55,219 nucleotides of DNA, from assembly GCA_049974445.1 (NCBI GenBank), contig JBMFIT010000002.1, positions 1 to 55,219 of the forward strand. Direction: 5' to 3'. This stretch comes from Acidilobus sp. Its GTDB lineage: Archaea > Thermoproteota > Thermoprotei_A > Sulfolobales > Acidilobaceae. Within the stretch, counting starts at the first letter, position 1. Each line of letters opens with the position of its first letter. The notes beneath the pieces were generated by a model that was not told where the DNA came from, did not search any database, and saw nothing but the letters and a program-made list of their open reading frames with translations. Of the stretch, positions 28,185 through 37,825 are shown in pieces. The translations under genes and the position numbers were made by a program.

Positions 28185-28871
28185 TTAAAACTTGAACTCG
28201 AATCTCTCACCCGGCCTCAGGATAACTACGTTGGTCGGGACGCCGCGCGATGTGACTATGCGCTTGAACTCCTGCGGGTCGCCATAGAGCAAGGGGAAGG
28301 TCCCATAGTGCATAGGTATAACAATACGAGGCCTGAGGAGCTCAACAGCCTTAGCAGCCTCGTTGTGGTCCATGGTAAAGTGGCCACCTATTGGGAGCAG
28401 GGCTATGTCTGGCTTATACATCTCACCAATGAGCGCCATCTCGGCCATTATCCCAGTGTCTCCAGCATGGTAAATGGAGCCCTCTCTTGATATCACAACA
28501 ACTCCAGTGGGGGCCCCCCGTGAGCTTGTGTGGTTAGCCGGGACCAGCGCCACCTTCAGGTCCTCCTCGAGTTGTATTGGTCCTCCCATGTTGCCCCCTA
28601 CGACCCTGCCGAAGTCGCCAACCTGCTCCCCCACGTAGTTGGCGAGCTCGAAAGTTGCGACGAACTTGGCCTTGGGGTTCCTCTTCATGATCTCAAGGGT
28701 GTCCCCAAGATGATCGCCGTGGTCATGCGTTGCTACGATGTAGTCCACGCCAGTAACATAGTCAGGCTTGACAGGTGAGAGGGGGTTAGTTAGCCAGGGG
28801 TCTATCAGAATCTTCCTCCCATTAACGCCAATCTCAAACGCCGAGTGACCATAGTACACTAGATACCCCAT
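28185..28871 (-). CDS. Metal-dependent hydrolase (MBL fold, UPF0173-like)
   Basis: GHSAF, IDPW, THDHGDH, YHAGDT, LPIGGHFTM, PMHYGTFP. Confidence 0.92.
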   Translation of the reverse strand: MGYLVYYGHSAFEIGVNGRKILIDPWLTNPLSPVKPDYVTGVDYIVATHDHGDHLGDTLEIMKRNPKAKFVATFELANYVGEQVGDFGRVVGGNMGGPIQLEEDLKVALVPANHTSSRGAPTGVVVISREGSIYHAGDTGIMAEMALIGEMYKPDIALLPIGGHFTMDHNEAAKAVELLRPRIVIPMHYGTFPLLYGDPQEFKRIVTSRGVPTNVVILRPGERFEFKF

Positions 28872-28994
28872 GTTAGGTCCCTGGATTGGGGCTGCGCCTC
28901 CGTTAAAATCGATAGCCTATATGAACGTAAGAGGCGCCCTTCTATGTGCGAGGACATTTTAGTTCCTTGTGGCCCTAAGGGGCTGGGGGTCTAA

Positions 28995-29903
28995 GTGGAC
29001 GAAGAGCTTGAGAAGATACTGACAGCCGGCAAAATAGCCGCTGAGGCCCGTGATCATGGGGCCTCGTTGGTAAGGCCAGGGGCAAGTGCGAGGGAGGTGT
29101 GTGAGGAGGTAGAGTCGCTCATTCAAAGGAGGGGCGCCAGGCCCGCCTTCCCATGTAACTTCTCGGTCAACGATGTCGCAGCCCACTACACGCCTGGCAT
29201 CTCAGACAACGTGAGGGTGCCTGAAAGGGCCATAGTCAAGGTCGACGTGGGGGCCTCCGTTGACGGCTACCTTGCGGACACCGCCATAAGCGTAGTAGTC
29301 GGCGACGGAGGCCTCAAGGATCTATCCCAGTCGGCCCTTGAGGCGCTCCAGGCGGCAGCCTCTGTCATGGCCCCCAACGTGAGGATTTTCGAAGTTGGCA
29401 GGGCTATAGAGAGGGCGATAACGTCAAGGGGGTACAGGCCCATTAAGAACCTCACCGGTCACACTATGTCAAGGTATATGCTGCACGCTGGCGAGACCAT
29501 ACCCAATTATGCTGACAGGGCCACGTTCTACAGAAGGCTAAGGCCACCCCTCCTCGTCGCAGTTGAGCCCTTTAGTACCACAGGCAGGGGCTTCGTTGTT
29601 GACGGGTCAGCCGCGCACATATACTCAGCTACTGGACGTAAGCCAAAGGAGGCGTCAGACCTAGCCAGAGGGGTCCTTGAATACATCCTGAGCAATTATA
29701 GTACCCTACCCTTTGCGATCCGATGGCTTTACCCTCAGTGGAAGGAGGGTGAGATAGCGAAGGCCCTTGATGAGCTGACCAGGATGAGGGCTTTGGTCAG
29801 GTACCCTGTCCTCGTAGAGGCCTCAGGGGCGCCCGTGGCGCAGTTCGAGCACACGTTCTACATAACTCGGGAAGGCGTGATAGTGACTACAAAGCCCAGC
29901 TAA
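28995..29903 (+). CDS. map: Methionine aminopeptidase type II
   Basis: PAFP, AAHYTP, KVDVG, DTA, NLTGH, VEPF, AQFEHT. Confidence 0.96.
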   Translation: MDEELEKILTAGKIAAEARDHGASLVRPGASAREVCEEVESLIQRRGARPAFPCNFSVNDVAAHYTPGISDNVRVPERAIVKVDVGASVDGYLADTAISVVVGDGGLKDLSQSALEALQAAASVMAPNVRIFEVGRAIERAITSRGYRPIKNLTGHTMSRYMLHAGETIPNYADRATFYRRLRPPLLVAVEPFSTTGRGFVVDGSAAHIYSATGRKPKEASDLARGVLEYILSNYSTLPFAIRWLYPQWKEGEIAKALDELTRMRALVRYPVLVEASGAPVAQFEHTFYITREGVIVTTKPS

Positions 29904-29970
29904 GCAAGCACGTTTGTAAGCTACAACTTAAAAGCCTGCGACGAAGGAGGCACCTGGAGAGAGGCTGGCG

Positions 29971-31086
29971 ATGGCGTCAGGTACCGGGCTAACCACGTGG
30001 CTGACAATTGTCATCAATCTGCTATGGGTAGCCCTTCTGTTCCTCTGGCTCACGGGGCTGGGCAACTGGGTGCAGGTTTACTGGTACAGGGTCGACATAA
30101 GGAACAAGATTGGGATCTTAGGGGGTCTGGCAGAGGAGGCTAGGAAGGAGACTCTCGACTACATGACGAGGAACAAGGCCAAGGATGCGTCTTCCCTGCT
30201 GTCCAGGCTCCTGGACTTCTTCCTGATAGAGCCTGTTCAGCTGGAGCCCACGGACATAATCAACAGGTTACGGCACCTAATCAACGTCCGGGAGGCCAGG
30301 TTTAAGGACGTCTTCAACCAGGCTATGCCTGAGAGCGATGAGGTTACCAGGAGCATCGCGTCTACGGCAGCAGAGATCGCGTCAGCGCTGAACTTCATCT
30401 ACAAGTATGTAAGACATCTCCTCCTGTTCGCCGAGAAGACGAAGAACTGGTACCTGATACTACAGCTCGAGGTCTTCATGCCCCAGATAATACAGATAGC
30501 CCAGATGTACAGAAAGGCCCTTGATGACTTCCTTTACAAGGTGCCGGTAGGTGATGGGGCAGGCCCGCTCGTGGCCTTAAGGCTGGCCGGCTATGGCTCA
30601 CAGTGGAGGGAGGTGACTGAGGACACAGTTGTTGCCGAGACGCGGTTCGAGGGCAGGAACCTCCTCATAATTAAGGCAAAGGGTCCCGGGTCAACAGTCG
30701 GAAGGCCGGGCGAAGCAGCGGAGAAGGCCATAAGGGAGGCAATGGCGCAGGGTAAAAGAGTGTCCTTAATGGTAACCGTGGATGCAGCGCTAAAGTTCGA
30801 GGGCGAGAACACAGGTGATGTAGCGGAGGGAGTTGGAGCCGCAATAGGCGACCCAGGGCCAGAGAAGATAAGATTCGAGAGGGTTGCTGCTGAGTACGAT
30901 ATACCTCTGAGGGCTGTCATAGTTAAGATGGGCATGGATGAGGCCATACTTGCTATGAACCAGAACATCTACAACGGCGTCGATAAGGCCGTGGAGAGGG
31001 TCAAGCAGATAATAAGGTCAGAAAGCGAGGAAGGCGACACCATCATAGTCATAGGGGTCGGTAACACGGTCGGGGTGGGCCAGTGA
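29971..31086 (+). CDS. DUF1512 family protein
   Basis: PVGDGAGPLV, GPGSTVG, VDAALKFEGE, GVGNTVGVGQ. Confidence 0.8.
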   Translation: MASGTGLTTWLTIVINLLWVALLFLWLTGLGNWVQVYWYRVDIRNKIGILGGLAEEARKETLDYMTRNKAKDASSLLSRLLDFFLIEPVQLEPTDIINRLRHLINVREARFKDVFNQAMPESDEVTRSIASTAAEIASALNFIYKYVRHLLLFAEKTKNWYLILQLEVFMPQIIQIAQMYRKALDDFLYKVPVGDGAGPLVALRLAGYGSQWREVTEDTVVAETRFEGRNLLIIKAKGPGSTVGRPGEAAEKAIREAMAQGKRVSLMVTVDAALKFEGENTGDVAEGVGAAIGDPGPEKIRFERVAAEYDIPLRAVIVKMGMDEAILAMNQNIYNGVDKAVERVKQIIRSESEEGDTIIVIGVGNTVGVGQ

Positions 31087-31370
31087 TGAATGAGCTCCAG
31101 CTGTACCTCTTCATGTTCCTTCTGATCATGATCGTAGCGACCACTGCCATGACTATAAAGCAGATGAACGAGATAAAGAGGCTTCAGGAGGCGAGGAAGA
31201 GGCCACGGGTGATCACCGTTGAAGAGTGCGACGGGAAGACCTCAACCAGGGATTACAGGGAGGGCGACTACGTAGGCCTAGTTGTAGGTCAGTGCCCGGG
31301 CGGCGGTTCCAAGCGGATTATAGGCATCTACGCAATTAAGGAGGAGAAGCCCAGGCGCTCCCCAATTTAA
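31083..31370 (+). CDS. Hypothetical single-TM protein with two spaced Cys
   Basis: N-terminal TM helix; RDYREGDYV; overlaps DUF1512 stop. Confidence 0.75.
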   Translation: MMNELQLYLFMFLLIMIVATTAMTIKQMNEIKRLQEARKRPRVITVEECDGKTSTRDYREGDYVGLVVGQCPGGGSKRIIGIYAIKEEKPRRSPI

Positions 31371-31401
31371 GGCCTAGCGAGAACACCACAAGGGGTATGC
31401 C

Positions 31402-31650
31402 TTGCGCTCCACGCTGTCATGGGAAGTCTGCGACGTCTGCGAGCGGAGGTTAGTGACCACGACGTGTAGGCTTAATGGAAGGCTTGTCGCGGTGTGCCCC
31501 TACTGCCGCGCTCTCCTGGAAGGAGGGGGATTAGTCTGCGGCCAGTCCCAGCAGGCAGCGCTGATCAGGAGGAGAGTAACCGAGCCTAACGAGGAGTTGA
31601 TAAGGTCTGTCAGTGAGCGGAGGCCTTCTAGGAGGAGATCTCGGGTCTAG
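31402..31650 (+). CDS. Small putative Zn-binding protein
   Basis: CDVC...CPYC; TTTAA upstream. Confidence 0.55.
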   Translation: MRSTLSWEVCDVCERRLVTTTCRLNGRLVAVCPYCRALLEGGGLVCGQSQQAALIRRRVTEPNEELIRSVSERRPSRRRSRV

Positions 31651-31722
31651 CTCTAGAAAAGCTTTTATAGAGGCAGTCCCACGGTCTCACTTATGGGTTC
31701 AGCTCAAGAAGGGTGGTAAATC

Positions 31723-33378
31723 ATGGCATCCGGGATACCCGTGCTGATATTGAAGGAGGGGACGCAGAGGTCTTATGGTAGGGAGGCGCTTAGGAACAAT
31801 ATTCTTGCGGCAAAGGTACTAGCTGAGATGCTCAAGACTAGTCTAGGTCCCCGTGGCCTTGACAAGATGTTAATAGACTCCTTCGGCGACGTGACTGTCA
31901 CAAACGATGGCGCAACCATTGTGAAGGAGATGGAGGTTCAGCATCCAGCAGCTAAGCTGATGGTCGAGATAGCCAAGGCCCAGGATGCTGAGGTCGGGGA
32001 CGGAACTACAAGCGTTGTCGTGCTTTCCGGGGCGCTGCTAGACAAGGCTGAGATCCTACTGGAGCAAAACATCCACCCAACCATTATAATTGAAGGCTAT
32101 ACCAAGGCCATGAACAGGGCGCTCGAAACACTTGACAAGATCGCCGTCCCAGTTGACGTAAATAACGAAGAGACTCTCAAGAGGATTGCTATGACAACGA
32201 TAGGGAGCAAGTACTCTGGGCAGGGCCCTGAGAGGGACAAGCTAGTTGAGCTTGCCGTCAACGCGGTTAAGATCGTGGCTGAGCCGAAGCCTGAGGGCGG
32301 ATATAACGTAGACCTTGACAACGTTAAGATAGAGAAGAAGAAGGGCGGAGGTCTCATCGACTCCATCCTGATCAAAGGCATTGTACTTGACAAGGAGGTA
32401 GTCCACCCAGGCATGCCTAGGAGGGTCACCAACGCTAAGATAGCGGTGCTAGACGCCCCACTTGAGATACAGAAGCCGGACATTACGACCAAGATCAGGG
32501 TCACGGACGTTGAGCAGCTCGACTCGTTCCTAGAGGAGGAGACCAAGATACTTAAGGACATGGTCGACCAGATAGCCGCCACCGGCGCGAACGTAGTCAT
32601 AACCCAGAAGGGAATTGACGACGTGGCCCAGCACTTCCTCGCTAAGAAGGGGATACTCGCCGTCAGGAGGGTGAAGAGGAGCGACGTAGAGAAGCTGGCC
32701 AGGGCCACCGGCGCGAAGATAGTGACTAGCATAAGGGACCTTAAGCCTGAGAGCCTTGGCTACGCCGAGCTTGTCGAGGAGAGGAAGGTCGGCAACGACA
32801 AGATGGTGTTCGTTGAGGGCGCCAAGAACCCCAGGAGCGTTACGATACTCCTCAGAGGAGCCAATGACATGCTTCTCGACGAGGCCGAGAGGAACATCAA
32901 CGACGTGCTACACGGCCTGAGGAACATCATGAGGGAGCCGAAGATCCTGGGTGGAGGTGGCGCGCCGGAGGTCGAGCTCGCCCTCCAGCTCAGGAACTAC
33001 GCAGCCACCATTGGCGGCAAAGAACAGCTAGCCATCGAGGCATTCGCCGACGCCCTTGAGACGATACCCAGCGTGCTTGCTGAGAGCGCCGGAATGGACT
33101 CCCTCGACACCGTCATGCAGCTGAGGTCCCTGCACAGCAAGGGCCTGAGGTTTGCCGGCGTCGACGTGCTGAACTCAAAGGCTGTTGAGGACACGCTATC
33201 CATAAACGTCTACGAGCCGCTCCTCGTCAAGAAGCAGGTGATAAAGGGGGCTGCAGAGGCCGCCATATCGCTGCTGAAGATTGATGACCTCATAGCGGCC
33301 GCGCCGCCAAAGGAGAAGAAGGAGGGCGAGAGGAGGGAGGGAGGGGAGGAGGGCAAGCCCCCCTCTATTAGCAGCTGA
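31723..33378 (+). CDS. thsA: Thermosome (group II chaperonin), probably alpha subunit
   Basis: [20 protein letters not shown]; NNILAA and IDSFGD resemble crenarchaeal alpha; TTTTATA at about 31663. Confidence 0.95.
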   Translation: MASGIPVLILKEGTQRSYGREALRNNILAAKVLAEMLKTSLGPRGLDKMLIDSFGDVTVTNDGATIVKEMEVQHPAAKLMVEIAKAQDAEVGDGTTSVVVLSGALLDKAEILLEQNIHPTIIIEGYTKAMNRALETLDKIAVPVDVNNEETLKRIAMTTIGSKYSGQGPERDKLVELAVNAVKIVAEPKPEGGYNVDLDNVKIEKKKGGGLIDSILIKGIVLDKEVVHPGMPRRVTNAKIAVLDAPLEIQKPDITTKIRVTDVEQLDSFLEEETKILKDMVDQIAATGANVVITQKGIDDVAQHFLAKKGILAVRRVKRSDVEKLARATGAKIVTSIRDLKPESLGYAELVEERKVGNDKMVFVEGAKNPRSVTILLRGANDMLLDEAERNINDVLHGLRNIMREPKILGGGGAPEVELALQLRNYAATIGGKEQLAIEAFADALETIPSVLAESAGMDSLDTVMQLRSLHSKGLRFAGVDVLNSKAVEDTLSINVYEPLLVKKQVIKGAAEAAISLLKIDDLIAAAPPKEKKEGERREGGEEGKPPSISS

Positions 33379-33431
33379 TTTTTAGGCCGTCTGTGATTTA
33401 TCCTCTCCTGTCCACAATTAGGCCCTGGGAG

Positions 33432-36314
33432 ATGAACGGGGCCATACTAATGTTGCACCCTAGACTGCGAGAAGCCATTACTAAGCTGGGCTACCAAGCC
33501 CTTCTGCCCATACAGGAGAAGGCAATACCAGTTGTATTGAGGAGGTCCCATACATTAATAACATCACCTACGGGTACTGGCAAGACCGAAGCGGCGCTCT
33601 TCCCAGTTCTCTCAATGATGCTAGAGAGGTTCAGGCCTGGCGATGGCAAGATAAAGGCTATCTATGTGACCCCCTTGAGGGCCCTCAACAGGGACATAAC
33701 GCTGAGAATATCAAGGCTTGTGCGTGAGGTCGGCTTCAACATAGCGCTCAGGCACGGCGACTCAACGTCGTCAGCGAGGAGGAAGTTCCTCGAAAGCCCA
33801 CCTGACTTCATGGTGACCACGCCTGAGACGTTGAACCTCATCCTAACCGTGCAGAGGCAGTCCGACATGTGGGACCAGGTAAGCTTCGTGATAGTCGATG
33901 AAGTTCAGGAGCTGATAGACAGCAAAAGGGGGGCAGAGCTCTCAGTCGTCCTTGAGAGACTCCAAAGTAAGTCGAGAAACAACGTCCAGAGGATAGGCCT
34001 CTCAGCCACCCTGTCTGAGAGGTCAAAGAGGGCCGCAGCCGCCCTCTTGGCATATGGCAGGCACGTCGAGGTCGTTGAGGACAAGGGAGAGAGGACCTAC
34101 AGTATAAGCGTGGTCACAGTACCTGAAGAGTACGACTTAGGCAAAGCGGTTGATGTCATAGCCTCCATGTTAATGGACGAGAGGGGATCAGCCCTCCTCT
34201 TCACTAACACTAGGTCGGTTGCCGAGAGGCTCGGCGCGCTTCTCGCAAAGCCCCTCGGCGACTCGGTGATGGTTCACCACGGCAGTCTGTCGAGGGAGGT
34301 GAGAGAGGAAGCTGAGAGGAGGTTCAGGGAAGGCGAGCTGAAGCTTCTCGTAGCCACGTCGAGCATGGAGCTCGGCATTGACATAGGACACGTCGATAGG
34401 GTCCTGCAGTTCATGTCACCAAGAGAGGTGATAGCCATGACGCAAAGGGCAGGAAGAGCTGGGCACAGATATGGTTGGACGAGCAACGCGTCAATAATAA
34501 CTTTCGATAACGTCTTTGAAATGCTAGAGTCTGCCGTCATTGCGATGAGGACAAGGAAGGGCGAGCTTGAGGATCTGAGCTACCATAGAAACCCCCTTGA
34601 CGTAGCTGCTCACCAGCTGGTTGCCCTCGTGATAGAGGGGCTTGCGAACAGCCTCGGGGAGGCCTACGACATCTTGACTAGGGCAGGTCCACTGGCAGGA
34701 ATGGGGCTTGAGGAGCTCGAGAAGGTGGCAGATCACCTGGATTCCGTCGGGGCCCTTAGGTATGAGGCTGAGACTGGCAGGCTATCAAAGGGAAGGCGCT
34801 CCTTTACTTACCTCTATAAGGTCTCAATGATACCTGATGAGGCCAGCTTTAGGGTCTACGACGTGGCCACGAACTCGCAGCTAGGCGAGGTCGGCGAGAG
34901 GTTCATTGAGGCCATGCTCCTCTCGAACAGGGACGAGAAGCCCACTTTCGTGCTGGCGGGGAGGGCATGGAGGATAGTTAACGTTGACTATGAGGGCCTG
35001 AGGATAGATGCCGAGCCGCTCGCCTCAACGGAGGGCGTCGTTCCCTCTTGGGAGGGGGAATTGATACCTGTTAGCTATAAGGTTGCCAGAGAGGTCTGCA
35101 GTATCCTTGGCATAGCGTCCATTGACCCAGAGAACGCCTTCAATCTACTTAAGTCAAGGGGGATAAACGAAATTGACGCAAGGAAGGTCATTGATGTGAT
35201 GTCAAAGACCTCAGCCATGTGGGGGTTCTCTCTTACCATGACGGAGCCCGTCATTGAAGAGGTCAAGGGGGTCAGCATCCTCTACACGTGCCTGGGCAGT
35301 AAGGGAAACCTACTGCTCGCGCTTGTCCTGACCAAGCTCATGGAGCCCACAGTAAGGCCATGGTTTGATTACATACCTTACGCAATAGTGTTCTCATCGC
35401 CTCATGGTGTAAGCGGGGACGAGGTGAGACGATCCCTGCTCAGGGCAAGAGGACTTGACCTTCCGGAGCTCTTGTCGCTTGCCTATGACGCCGTCAAGTC
35501 AACACCCCTTTACGTAATCAGGTTTCTCCAAGTTGCTAAGAGGATGGGCGTCATAGACCCTGACGCCAGGGTTTCCCTGGAGCAGGGCAAGAGGATCCTG
35601 GAGGCCTACAGGGGAACAGTTGTCGAGAAGGAGACGCTTAGGGAGATAGCGTTTGACAAGCTTGACCCGGAGGCCCTGGATTACTTCCTCAGAACCATTA
35701 AGGACGTAAGGGTCATAAGGAGCGAATCGCCGAGCCCGCTCGCCGAGGAGGTAGTGAAGAACCCTTACCTCAGGAGAGAGATTGCGGTCAACCTAAAGGA
35801 CATAGCACTAGACTACATAATTAATGGGCTCAGGACATCAGCCATGAGGAAGGAGGCCATATTCGTCTGCGCCCACTGTGGCAGCACCTGGCGTTCCAAG
35901 GTCGCTGACCTGGCTCACCCCGTTAGATGCCCTCGCTGCGGCGCCATTATGGTGGCTCCTCTGCCTGCGTCACAGTGGGGAGAGGAGGTCGCCTCGCTCT
36001 ACGTGGCCTGGAAGAAGGGGGAGGCGAAGAAACTCGCTAAGGGGCAGAAGCGTTACATTGAGGAGGTCAAGGAGAGGGCAGCCATTTATATTAATTACGC
36101 AACCCAGGGCCTCGGAAGATATGTAGTCGAGGCGCTGATGACACAAGGGGTTGGACCTAAGGCAACCAAAAAGGTTATGGGCGAGCTGATGAAGGGCGGC
36201 GAAAAGGCCTTTTATGAGGCCTTGCTCAAGGCTAAGGAGGATTACCTTGTCTATAAAAAGTTCATAGAAAAGGAGGCTAAGGAAAAGAAGGGGTGGTCAG
36301 GGCCCCAAGCTTAA
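33432..36314 (+). CDS. lhr: Lhr-like SF2 helicase
   Basis: PTGTGKT, PLRALNRD, TTPE, DEVQ, SAT, HHGSLS, QRAGRAGH, PSWEGE, C-terminal Zn finger; start uncertain (33432 or 33450). Confidence 0.9.
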   Translation: MNGAILMLHPRLREAITKLGYQALLPIQEKAIPVVLRRSHTLITSPTGTGKTEAALFPVLSMMLERFRPGDGKIKAIYVTPLRALNRDITLRISRLVREVGFNIALRHGDSTSSARRKFLESPPDFMVTTPETLNLILTVQRQSDMWDQVSFVIVDEVQELIDSKRGAELSVVLERLQSKSRNNVQRIGLSATLSERSKRAAAALLAYGRHVEVVEDKGERTYSISVVTVPEEYDLGKAVDVIASMLMDERGSALLFTNTRSVAERLGALLAKPLGDSVMVHHGSLSREVREEAERRFREGELKLLVATSSMELGIDIGHVDRVLQFMSPREVIAMTQRAGRAGHRYGWTSNASIITFDNVFEMLESAVIAMRTRKGELEDLSYHRNPLDVAAHQLVALVIEGLANSLGEAYDILTRAGPLAGMGLEELEKVADHLDSVGALRYEAETGRLSKGRRSFTYLYKVSMIPDEASFRVYDVATNSQLGEVGERFIEAMLLSNRDEKPTFVLAGRAWRIVNVDYEGLRIDAEPLASTEGVVPSWEGELIPVSYKVAREVCSILGIASIDPENAFNLLKSRGINEIDARKVIDVMSKTSAMWGFSLTMTEPVIEEVKGVSILYTCLGSKGNLLLALVLTKLMEPTVRPWFDYIPYAIVFSSPHGVSGDEVRRSLLRARGLDLPELLSLAYDAVKSTPLYVIRFLQVAKRMGVIDPDARVSLEQGKRILEAYRGTVVEKETLREIAFDKLDPEALDYFLRTIKDVRVIRSESPSPLAEEVVKNPYLRREIAVNLKDIALDYIINGLRTSAMRKEAIFVCAHCGSTWRSKVADLAHPVRCPRCGAIMVAPLPASQWGEEVASLYVAWKKGEAKKLAKGQKRYIEEVKERAAIYINYATQGLGRYVVEALMTQGVGPKATKKVMGELMKGGEKAFYEALLKAKEDYLVYKKFIEKEAKEKKGWSGPQA

Positions 36315-36342
36315 ATAGCCTGACCCCTTGATGTCCCTAGGT

Positions 36343-36420
36343 GCCGCGGTAGTATAGCCCGGCCAAGTATGCGGGCCTCTCGAGCCCGTGACCCGGGTTC
36401 AAATCCCGGCCGCGGCACCA
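36343..36420 (+). tRNA. tRNA-Glu(CUC), intron-less, CCA encoded
   Basis: GCCGCGG acceptor stem, anticodon arm CGGGC-CT-CTC-GA-GCCCG, T arm CCGGG-TTCAAAT-CCCGG, ends ACCA; TTAAATA promoter at 36311. Confidence 0.96.
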
Positions 36421-36545
36421 TCTGCGCGGGTCACTGTTGTCAGCCAACCCTTCGGAGAGTAAAGAAGGCTGCCCCATGACCGTGCCTTACGGCGTCGATG
36501 AATCTTGTGAGGAAAGCCCCTATCTCGCTGCCGACGCCGCGCCTT

Positions 36546-37493
36546 TTATCGCTGGCCCACTAATAAAAGGGACAGGTCAACTACTTTAACGTCCTCCTGC
36601 GCGACCCTCCTAAGGTTTCCAAGGCAGACTGGGCACGCCGTGACTATTGTCTTTGAGGCCCTGACGAGCTGGGACAGCCTCCTCCTTGCGACTAAGCTAG
36701 AGAGCCTGGGGGAAAGGGCCTCCATCGGCCCCCCGCAGCAGAACGTCATTGGCCCGTGGTTCCTGGCCTCCCTTATGGAGACCCCAGCGCCACCGAGCAA
36801 CTCCCTTACCTTGGCCCACATGTTGAGGTCACGTGAGTAGACGCAGGAGTCGTGGACCGTGACGACGTCATTAAGGGAGGCCTTTGAGGGCTTGACGAGC
36901 TCGAGGTACACCTTGACGGCAGGCCTGAGCCCATACCTCACCCTGTATTCCATGAGCGTGAGGGCCGTGTGGGGGTCCACTACTATAACCTCGGATGCCC
37001 CGGTCGAGTTAATGGCGCTCACGACCTTCTTTGCGTGGTCCTCCAGGCCGTCCATTACCCCGTAGTCAAGGAGCAGGGCCCCGCTGTACATGTCCGAGAC
37101 CGCGGGGTCGTAGGCGAAGTCGACCCCTGACCTGCCTAGAAGGGTCACAATCGACCTGAGTATCCTGGCGGACTCCTCGACCTCGCCCCTTTGGGGCCTC
37201 ACCAGCCCGTACACGGCCGAGGGCCTTATGTTGGCGAGCTCAATTACGCTCGGGAGGAGAAGCGAGAGCCCCCTCGACTCAAGGACCTCGAGGAACCTGA
37301 TCGTCGCGTTGATGTACGGGACAAGCTGGTACAGGGCGCCGGTGAAGAGGAGCCTGCCGGAGCCCTCCCCGTTAAGCTCAAGCCCTCTAGACCACTCCGA
37401 GGCGAACCCGGGCGGGGCGGGCACTGGGTAGCCTGTCAGCCTAGTGTACTCCCCCATGAACCTCAACACCTCGGATACCCTGAGGCCGCTCAC
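36546..37493 (-). CDS. CCG-domain Fe-S protein (GlcF/HdrD C-terminal-like)
   Basis: HDSCVY, CCGG, TACPVC. Confidence 0.85.
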   Translation of the reverse strand: MSGLRVSEVLRFMGEYTRLTGYPVPAPPGFASEWSRGLELNGEGSGRLLFTGALYQLVPYINATIRFLEVLESRGLSLLLPSVIELANIRPSAVYGLVRPQRGEVEESARILRSIVTLLGRSGVDFAYDPAVSDMYSGALLLDYGVMDGLEDHAKKVVSAINSTGASEVIVVDPHTALTLMEYRVRYGLRPAVKVYLELVKPSKASLNDVVTVHDSCVYSRDLNMWAKVRELLGGAGVSIREARNHGPMTFCCGGPMEALSPRLSSLVARRRLSQLVRASKTIVTACPVCLGNLRRVAQEDVKVVDLSLLLVGQR

Positions 37494-37825
37494 CTGGCCT
37501 TCACCACCGCCCTCGACTCTAGCACCCTAGGCCACAGTAGCCCCCTGACCTCCCTGACCAGGTCTCCAACCCTGATCCTTGCCGGACATACCGTGCTACA
37601 GGCATTACACAGTAAGCAGCTATAAAGGCTCGACACCACCTCGTCGGTTAACGTAATCTCAGACCTAATAACTCCCTTAACAATTGTGACCCTTCCCCTT
37701 GGCCCATATCCTCTGTGGGGGCCGAAGGGTATCGTGGGGCATACGCTTTCACAGAAGCCACAGAATACGCACTTGTCAGCTTCCTCCAACACTGCGCCAG
37801 CGATGTCGGGATGGCATCCCCGCAT
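37490..37825 (-). CDS. 4Fe-4S dicluster protein (GlcF N-terminal-like)
   Basis: CVFCGFCESVCP, PRGR, CLLCNACSTVCP. Confidence 0.9.
   Translation of the reverse strand: MRGCHPDIAGAVLEEADKCVFCGFCESVCPTIPFGPHRGYGPRGRVTIVKGVIRSEITLTDEVVSSLYSCLLCNACSTVCPARIRVGDLVREVRGLLWPRVLESRAVVKAR

Noticed and set aside
28894-28937. 7-bp inverted repeat GCGCCTC/GAGGCGC between divergent genes
   Set aside because: Short, GC-rich and with a long spacer; compatible with chance.
32578-32716. 14-nt repeat GCCACCGGCGCGAA in the thermosome gene
   Set aside because: Explained by a repeated ATGA peptide and biased codons.
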